Part shown: piece after piece, positions 57,960-64,000 of the stretch | How the letters are laid out: each line of letters starts with the position of its first letter | How positions within the stretch are numbered: the stretch's first letter is position 1 | Source: Sphingobacterium endophyticum | GTDB taxonomy: Bacteria; Bacteroidota; Bacteroidia; Sphingobacteriales; Sphingobacteriaceae | Reading direction: 5' to 3' | Length of the DNA: 64,000 nucleotides | NCBI GenBank assembly: GCA_040393725.1 | Contig: JBEBTR010000002.1 | Location: 20,912-84,911, forward strand | Translations under genes and position numbers: made by a program | The notes under the pieces: model-generated | What the model was told of the DNA's origin: nothing | Database searches by the model: none | The model's input: the letters and a program-made list of their open reading frames with translations, nothing else

Positions 57960-58841
57960 GACTTGCCATGCTTGGTCGATAAAACCATCGTCCAACAATT
58001 TTGCTGCATATCGTTGGATTTCATTTTGCAATTGAATTTTATCTTCTTTCCACATTGAGAGGAGGCTGTTTATATGCTCATCGTTTAGCATTGAATTGTC
58101 TTTTTGAGGAATTTCTTCGACATTAGCTAGCAATCCCAATTGATTTCCTGTAAGAATGGATGAATTTCTAATAGATTCAGGTAATTTATCAACACCAATT
58201 CCTAATTTTCTAAGAGGTTTTGGGACTTCAAACAAATTTTCTTTTGTGATTCTGCAATACCAATTGCCACCAAGTCGAGCGACCAAGTCAAGTGCAGCTT
58301 GGTCCATATTGTTGTTCTCATCTAAGTATTGACCTTGGATATGCATACAAATAATTTCGGCCAATACGAGATTACCAGTTCCTGCGCCTTCTTGAATGGT
58401 AATAATATCCCTAACCTTACATTCTAATTGTATAGGTGATTCAGCGACCCTTGGGGGACGAATGAATTTTGATTTAAGAGGAGTGAGGCCAGATTTTTTA
58501 AACTCATCCACTTCCTTCGGATATTCAGTACTTGCGAGTGAGGTTTGCTGAACCATATCAAAATTCACTATATTAATTACAACTTCATTTACTTCCCTGA
58601 TATTAGCCAAAGTATGTTTGTCTTGACCGTCCCTCATTCTCGTTAGGGGAGAGAAAACACATACAGGCGGATTAGTGGACATAAAATTGAAATAACTAAA
58701 AGGGCTTAGGTTCACATTTCCATTTTTATCGACTGTGGAGGCAAAACAGATAGGCCTAGGAGCAACTGCATATTTTATAAGATTATCGAAAAGGGGTCCA
58801 TTTGTTTCTTGGTCAAATGTTTTTATTTCGTTGAACTGCAT
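57945..58841 (-). CDS. Flavin-reductase-like (DIM6/NTAB family) protein
   Basis: APRPICFAST, NLSPFSYFN, KHTLANI, PPRVAESP..LEC, ARLGGNWY. Confidence 0.88.
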   Translation of the reverse strand: MQFNEIKTFDQETNGPLFDNLIKYAVAPRPICFASTVDKNGNVNLSPFSYFNFMSTNPPVCVFSPLTRMRDGQDKHTLANIREVNEVVINIVNFDMVQQTSLASTEYPKEVDEFKKSGLTPLKSKFIRPPRVAESPIQLECKVRDIITIQEGAGTGNLVLAEIICMHIQGQYLDENNNMDQAALDLVARLGGNWYCRITKENLFEVPKPLRKLGIGVDKLPESIRNSSILTGNQLGLLANVEEIPQKDNSMLNDEHINSLLSMWKEDKIQLQNEIQRYAAKLLDDGFIDQAWQVLLIN

Positions 58842-58862
58842 ATTAAGAGTATAAAGGGTTTA

Positions 58863-59846
58863 TTATTCAGTTAATTCTTCCAGGAAAATTTTATTTTCAA
58901 GAGTTCCTAACTCAGTAACTTCCATTTTTATTACATCATTAGGTTTTATCCAACGTTCCTGGAAATTGGGATTATTCCTTTTTCCGGTACCGTTAATTTC
59001 TAGGAGGCAGCCAGTTCCAACCGTACCTGATCCAATTATGTCACCTGGGAAGAGTGTTACACCATAAGAGGCGCGTTCAATTATTTCAGCGAATGTCCAA
59101 TGCATAGAATTTAGATTACCATTGGAGACCTGTTCATCATTAATCCAACATTTCATGGTTAAGTTATAGGTACTACCAATATGGTCAATAGGGGTTTTAG
59201 ATTTATGTTTTTCTAATTCATCCATGGTGACCAAATAAGGACCGAACATACTGGCAAAATCTTTACCTTTGGCTGGGCCGAGATTTAATTTCATTTCCTG
59301 CATTTGTAAGTTTCTAGCACTTAAATCATTCAAGATCATAATTCCAGCAATGTAATTATCGGCATCCATTGCTTTAATATTTCTACCTTGTTTATTAATT
59401 ACGATAGCGACCTCCAATTCGAAGTCCATTTTTTCAAAGTGTTTTGGCATGCAATAAATAGGTCCAGGACCTTGTATAGCTTGATGGTTTGAGAAATAAA
59501 AAACTGGGAATTGGTCGAATTCAGGAATCATTTCAAGGCCTCTGTTTAATCTAGATGTTTCCACATGTTGTCTAAAAGCATAAGCATCTCTAAATGAAGT
59601 GGGGTTTGGTAAAGGAGCGTTGAGGGTAATTTCGGAGAAATCAAGGCCTTCATTTTGAAAGCCATCAATTTTTATAAATTGATCAAGTTCTCTTTTAGTT
59701 AATTTTATTCCTTCGGGGCCGAGTTTAATCCATTCTAATGCGGTATTAGGAATTTTATTAGAGATCATATGACTAGGAAATACTTTCTGATCTAATACAA
59801 ATCCTAATTGTTGATTTCCATTTTCAAGATATGTTACAATTTTCAT
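58863..59846 (-). CDS. Fumarylacetoacetate hydrolase family protein
   Basis: RDAYAFRQH, PVFYF, DFELEVA, NDLSARNLQ, KGKDF, PGDIIGSGT. Confidence 0.9.
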   Translation of the reverse strand: MKIVTYLENGNQQLGFVLDQKVFPSHMISNKIPNTALEWIKLGPEGIKLTKRELDQFIKIDGFQNEGLDFSEITLNAPLPNPTSFRDAYAFRQHVETSRLNRGLEMIPEFDQFPVFYFSNHQAIQGPGPIYCMPKHFEKMDFELEVAIVINKQGRNIKAMDADNYIAGIMILNDLSARNLQMQEMKLNLGPAKGKDFASMFGPYLVTMDELEKHKSKTPIDHIGSTYNLTMKCWINDEQVSNGNLNSMHWTFAEIIERASYGVTLFPGDIIGSGTVGTGCLLEINGTGKRNNPNFQERWIKPNDVIKMEVTELGTLENKIFLEELTE

Positions 59847-59972
59847 AATGAATTTTTGAAAACTTTGCTTTAAAATTTACAATGGTTATAATATTATGGA
59901 TATAAGAAAATTAATATCATAATACCATATTAATTTTCGGAATATCTATGTAAATATAGAGTTATAAATTTT

Positions 59973-59980
59973 ATCTTTGA
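59973..59980 (+). promoter_or_regulatory. Bacteroidota -7 promoter box for the hmgA-hppD operon
   Basis: TATCTTTG about 200 nt upstream of hmgA. Confidence 0.55.
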
Positions 59981-59997
59981 AATAATTGATACCCAAT

Positions 59998-60093
59998 ATG
60001 AACTTAAGCAACATGAAGCGAGATAACCTTCTACAAGGTTTAATGCCTTATATAAAGGCATTGATAGCTGAAGTTGTTTTTGCCCAATACTAA
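59998..60093 (+). CDS. Candidate 31-aa leader peptide MNLSNMKRDNLLQGLMPYIKALIAEVVFAQY
   Basis: Read manually; starts 17 nt after the -7 box, in the long leader of hmgA. Confidence 0.35.
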   Translation: MNLSNMKRDNLLQGLMPYIKALIAEVVFAQY

Positions 60094-60178
60094 TCTTATC
60101 ATATTCTTATCCTAATTGCTATTTAGTGGAAATCTATTTAGTACCGTAATCAATTTTTCATATTATAAACTTATTATT

Positions 60179-61336
60179 ATGCCAATTTATCATCAAATGG
60201 GAAAGGTCCCATCCAAACGGCATACCGTTTTCAGAAAGGACAATGGGGAGCTATATTCAGAGGAACTAGTTTCTACACATGGTTTTTCAAGTGTATATTC
60301 ATTGGTTTATCATTGTCAACCGCCCACGATTGTAAAAGAAATCAGGGAGCCTTTTGATGTATCCCCTCGTGTGGGTCGCTCGAAGCACTTAAAACATACG
60401 AGTCTAAAGGGGTTTCAAATAGTTCCGAAATCAGATTATTTAGAAAGCCGAATTCCGGTTTTAGTAAATTCAGATCTACATATCTCGTTGGCTGCACCAC
60501 AAAGTTCGATGAGGGATTATTTTTATAAAAATAGCCAAGCGGATGAAGTTGTTTTTATACATGAGGGATCAGGTAGATTAAAAACAGGCTATGGTACCTT
60601 AGAGTTTCAGTATGGGGATTATTTGGTTATTCCGAGAGGGGTTATTTATCAGATTGATTTTGATACTGAAAATAATAGATTATTTATAGTAGAATCGTTT
60701 GATCCTATTCGTACACCAAAGCGATATCGGAATGAGTTTGGTCAACTGATGGAACACTCTCCATTTTGTGAGCGAGATATCAGGAGGCCAGAAAACCTTG
60801 AGACCTACGATGAGAAAGGGGATTTTGAGGTTAAAATTAAGAAGGAAGGGTTAATTTATCCCTATATCTATGGAAGCCATCCTTTTGATTTTATAGGCTG
60901 GGATGGTTATCATTATCCATGGGCATTTTCCATTCATGATTTTATGCCAATCACGGGTATGTTGCATCAACCACCTCCGGTCCATCAAACTTTTGAGACC
61001 AATTCATTTGTACTATGCAGTTTTTGCCCTAGAATGTACGATTATCATCCACAGTCTATCCCAGCACCCTATAACCACAGTAATGTAGATTCTGATGAGG
61101 TTTTATATTATGTGGAAGGGGATTTTATGAGTCGGAAGTCAGTTGAGCGAGGGCAGATTACCTTGCATCCTGGCGGTATTCCTCATGGTCCGCATCCTGG
61201 CACGGTTGAAAAGAGCATTGGACAAACTAAAACAGAAGAATTAGCTGTTATGATAGATCCATTCAGGCCCTTGATGTTAACGGAGGATGCCTTAGGAATT
61301 GAAGACAAGGATTATTATAAATCATGGTTAGTTTAA
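60179..61336 (+). CDS. hmgA: Homogentisate 1,2-dioxygenase
   Basis: HPFD..GWDG, HQPPPVH, PYNHSNVDSDEV, TLHPGGIPHGP, E.AVMID; ATG at 60179. Confidence 0.93.
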   Translation: MPIYHQMGKVPSKRHTVFRKDNGELYSEELVSTHGFSSVYSLVYHCQPPTIVKEIREPFDVSPRVGRSKHLKHTSLKGFQIVPKSDYLESRIPVLVNSDLHISLAAPQSSMRDYFYKNSQADEVVFIHEGSGRLKTGYGTLEFQYGDYLVIPRGVIYQIDFDTENNRLFIVESFDPIRTPKRYRNEFGQLMEHSPFCERDIRRPENLETYDEKGDFEVKIKKEGLIYPYIYGSHPFDFIGWDGYHYPWAFSIHDFMPITGMLHQPPPVHQTFETNSFVLCSFCPRMYDYHPQSIPAPYNHSNVDSDEVLYYVEGDFMSRKSVERGQITLHPGGIPHGPHPGTVEKSIGQTKTEELAVMIDPFRPLMLTEDALGIEDKDYYKSWLV

Positions 61337-61353
61337 ATCAAAAATAATAAGTT

Positions 61354-62481
61354 ATGACAGCAACATTTGCGGAGAAAATTGCGAAGGCCCAGGATTTTTT
61401 ACCGATCAACGGGACTGATTATATAGAATTTTATGTAGGGAATGCCAAGCAAGCGGCACATTACTATAAAACAGCGTTTGGATTTCAATCGGAGGCCTAC
61501 GCAGGACCCGAGACTGGGATTCGAGATCGAGCATCCTATGTCCTTCGGCAGCAAAAAATCAGGATCGTCCTTACAACAGCACTACGGTCGGACAGTGAAA
61601 TTTCAGAACATGTAAAAGCGCATGGAGATGGGGTGAAAATTCTCGCTTTATGGGTTGACGATGCAGAGAAGTCTTTGAATGAAACGGTTAAGCGAGGAGC
61701 AAAGGTATATCAGGAATTGGAAATTAGGCAGGACGAATTTGGAGAAGTCAGGACCGCAGGCATTTATACCTATGGAGAGACTGTTCATATGTTTATTGAG
61801 CGAAAGAATTATTCAGGACCATTTATGCCTGGCTATATATCGTGGAAGAGTGATTATCAACCTGAAGAGACAGGTCTATTGTATATAGATCATTGTGTAG
61901 GAAATGTAGGATGGGACAGGATGAATGAGACGGTTCAGTGGTATCAGGATGTTTTAGGATTCGTGAACATATTATCATTTGATGATAAGCAGATTAATAC
62001 GGAATATTCAGCCTTAATGAGTAAGGTTATGAGCAATGGGAATGGATATGTCAAATTTCCGATTAATGAACCTGCCGAGGGCAAGAAGAAATCACAGATA
62101 GAGGAATATTTGGAGTTTTACGAAGGGGAGGGTGTTCAACATGCAGCTTTGGCGACCAATGATATTTTGGAGACTGTAAAGGCTTTAAAATCAAGGGGGG
62201 TTGAATTTTTAGGAGCTCCTCCAGAAGCATATTATGATATGTTGCCAGAACGAATTGGGGAGATTGATGAAGAGATAAAAGCTATTCAAGAGCTGGGTAT
62301 TTTGGTTGATAGGGACGAGGAGGGCTATTTATTGCAAATTTTCACGAAACCAGTAGAGGACAGGCCGACCTTATTTTTTGAGATTATCCAACGAAAAGGG
62401 GCACAAAGTTTTGGAGCGGGGAATTTCAAGGCATTATTTGAAGCCATTGAGCGAGAACAGGAGAAGCGAGGAAATTTATAA
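61354..62481 (+). CDS. hppD: 4-hydroxyphenylpyruvate dioxygenase
   Basis: HGDGVK, IDHCVGNV, KFPINEP, SQIEEYL, GVQH.A, LLQIFTKP, FFEIIQR, FGAGNFKALFEAIE. Confidence 0.97.
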   Translation: MTATFAEKIAKAQDFLPINGTDYIEFYVGNAKQAAHYYKTAFGFQSEAYAGPETGIRDRASYVLRQQKIRIVLTTALRSDSEISEHVKAHGDGVKILALWVDDAEKSLNETVKRGAKVYQELEIRQDEFGEVRTAGIYTYGETVHMFIERKNYSGPFMPGYISWKSDYQPEETGLLYIDHCVGNVGWDRMNETVQWYQDVLGFVNILSFDDKQINTEYSALMSKVMSNGNGYVKFPINEPAEGKKKSQIEEYLEFYEGEGVQHAALATNDILETVKALKSRGVEFLGAPPEAYYDMLPERIGEIDEEIKAIQELGILVDRDEEGYLLQIFTKPVEDRPTLFFEIIQRKGAQSFGAGNFKALFEAIEREQEKRGNL

Positions 62482-62504
62482 TTCATGAGATGAACTTGAT
62501 TATT

Positions 62505-63734
62505 ATGAAAGAATTACTGCAAGCTTTTGAGAAGAAACATCCAGAAATAGTATTTGAATGGAAAGATACGGAGACAGAGGCAGAGGGGTGGATAGTAATT
62601 AATTCATTACGGGGTGGGGCAGCTGGAGGAGGGACCCGCATGCGTTTAGGTCTGGACCGTAATGAAGTCGAATCACTTGCTAAGACAATGGAGGTAAAAT
62701 TTACTGTATCCGGGCCAAATATAGGAGGGGCAAAATCAGGGATTAATTTTGATCCTTCGGATCCTCGAAAACATGGAGTTTTGGAACGTTGGTTTAAAGT
62801 AGTTACCCCATTATTAAAGAATTATTACGGTACTGGAGGAGATTTAAATGTAGATGAGATATATGATGTTATTCCATTGACTGAACAATTTGGATTATGG
62901 CATCCTCAGGAAGGGGTTTTAAATGGTCATTTTGATATCCGGGAAAATGGAAGGATTCATCAAATAGGACAGTTGAGGTACGGGGTTTCCAAAGTATTGG
63001 AAGACACGCAATACAGTCCTGATTTAAAGAGAAAATTTAAAGTTGCGGATATGATTACGGGTTATGGGGTATCTGAATCTGTAAGGCATTATTATAGTTT
63101 ATTTGGTGGAGATATTTCGAAGAAGCGGGCAATCATACAGGGTTGGGGAAATGTAGCGGCATCAGCAGCATTTTATTTAAGTAAAGTTGGAGTTCAAGTT
63201 GTTGGGATAATTGATAGGATGGGTGGTTTAATTAATCCGAATGGATTTTCCAAAGAGGACATACAATCATTATTTTTAAGTAGAAAAGGAAACGCTTTAA
63301 GTTCAGATTTTATGTTATCATTTGAGGAGGTAAATTCGAGGATTTGGGATTTGGGGGCTGAGATTTTCATTCCAGCAGCTGCTTCACGATTAGTTTCGAA
63401 AGAGCAATTGCAGCAGATGATAGGACAGGGGCTAGAAGTGATTGCTTCAGGGGCGAATGTTCCATTTGCAGATCGGGAAATATTTTATGGACCAGTAATG
63501 GAATACGCGGATCATCATGTTTCAGTAATTCCTGATTTTATTGCAAACTGTGGGATGGCTAGAGTATTTGCGTATTTGATGCAACCTAATATTGAAATCA
63601 GCGATGAATGTATTTTTAATGATGTTTCAACAGTTATTCGGCATGCCATAGAGAAGATTCATGCTTATTTACCAGATACAAGAACACATTTTTCATCAAG
63701 AGCGTATGAATTAGCTCTCCGGCAGTTATTATAA
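62505..63734 (+). CDS. Glu/Leu/Phe/Val family amino-acid dehydrogenase
   Basis: GGGTRM, GGAKSG, TGYGV, QGWGNVA, PAA, GANVP, PDFIAN; ATG at 62490 or 62505. Confidence 0.88.
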   Translation: MKELLQAFEKKHPEIVFEWKDTETEAEGWIVINSLRGGAAGGGTRMRLGLDRNEVESLAKTMEVKFTVSGPNIGGAKSGINFDPSDPRKHGVLERWFKVVTPLLKNYYGTGGDLNVDEIYDVIPLTEQFGLWHPQEGVLNGHFDIRENGRIHQIGQLRYGVSKVLEDTQYSPDLKRKFKVADMITGYGVSESVRHYYSLFGGDISKKRAIIQGWGNVAASAAFYLSKVGVQVVGIIDRMGGLINPNGFSKEDIQSLFLSRKGNALSSDFMLSFEEVNSRIWDLGAEIFIPAAASRLVSKEQLQQMIGQGLEVIASGANVPFADREIFYGPVMEYADHHVSVIPDFIANCGMARVFAYLMQPNIEISDECIFNDVSTVIRHAIEKIHAYLPDTRTHFSSRAYELALRQLL

Positions 63735-63740
63735 AATGAA

Positions 63741-63774
63741 AAAAGCATGGTGGTAAGATTACCACCATGCTTTT
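63741..63774. terminator. Bidirectional intrinsic terminator
   Basis: AAAAGCATGGTGGTAA-ga-TTACCACCATGCTTTT between convergent genes. Confidence 0.85.
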
Positions 63775-63790
63775 CAAATATTTTTGGTTA

Positions 63791-64000
63791 TTATACTTCT
63801 TCTCTTCTTGTTCTAATATATTCTTCTATAATTGGGAGATCAGCATTAGCCCAATCAAATCTAAATAATTCGGTTCTATCTACCCATAGCACCTGTTCAT
63901 GTTCATTAGCTTTTAACTCTCCATTTTTAATTGTACAGACAAAAGGGTAGAGAGTTAAGGAGAAATCAGGATAATGATATTCCACTTTAGTAAGCTTTTC
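63791..64000 (-). CDS. NUDIX hydrolase, MutT/NudG-like (5'-truncated by window edge)
   Basis: Frame open to 64000; V.YHYPDFSLTL, EHEQVLWV...L..FDWA.ADLPI C-terminal pattern. Confidence 0.8.
   Translation of the reverse strand, partial: EKLTKVEYHYPDFSLTLYPFVCTIKNGELKANEHEQVLWVDRTELFRFDWANADLPIIEEYIRTRREEV

Noticed and set aside
56184-63734. G-rich codon usage in the Phe/Tyr cluster as a sign of horizontal transfer
   Set aside because: Can be explained by strand skew and low expression; no integrase, tRNA or flanking direct repeats; not quantified
1653-63950. Numerous 60-120-aa ORFs antisense to or out of frame within real genes (e.g. 1653, 7478, 12362, 24867, 38229, 43393, 48732, 55876, 63747)
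   Set aside because: Shadow ORFs overlapping well-supported genes, with no motifs or independent expression signals

Overview
AT-rich bacterial chromosomal segment of a Bacteroidota organism. The gene content and many TAnnTTTG -7 promoter boxes fit Sphingobacteriaceae, probably Sphingobacterium-like (inference). About 58 CDSs; no rRNA, tRNA, CRISPR array, transposase or prophage seen. Housekeeping genes include copA, panB, pyrF, lysC, yggS, mutS2, recR, pdxH, nuoC/nuoD, fadD and a split 5'-nucleotidase. Two metabolic clusters stand out. The first (16.2-25.5 kb) is a periplasmic sugar-redox cluster resembling the 3-ketoglycoside pathway (GMC dehydrogenase plus Tat small subunit, two Tat Gfo/Idh/MocA proteins, a TIM-barrel protein, a NupG-type permease). 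It also carries an ApbE flavin transferase and a Cys-less FGE-fold protein whose DAVTRPT motif resembles the ApbE flavinylation site. The second (56.2-63.7 kb) is a Phe/Tyr catabolic cluster (long PhhA, HppD, HmgA, FAH family, flavin-reductase-like protein, amino-acid dehydrogenase) with a candidate 31-aa leader peptide. Other candidates: a secreted protein with thioester-domain-like motifs (28.4-29.9 kb), an orphan promoter-terminator unit that looks like a ~70-nt sRNA (53.15 kb), and a ~150-bp palindromic element with 11-bp periodicity (53.35-53.50 kb). All functional calls come from motif recognition, not database searches.
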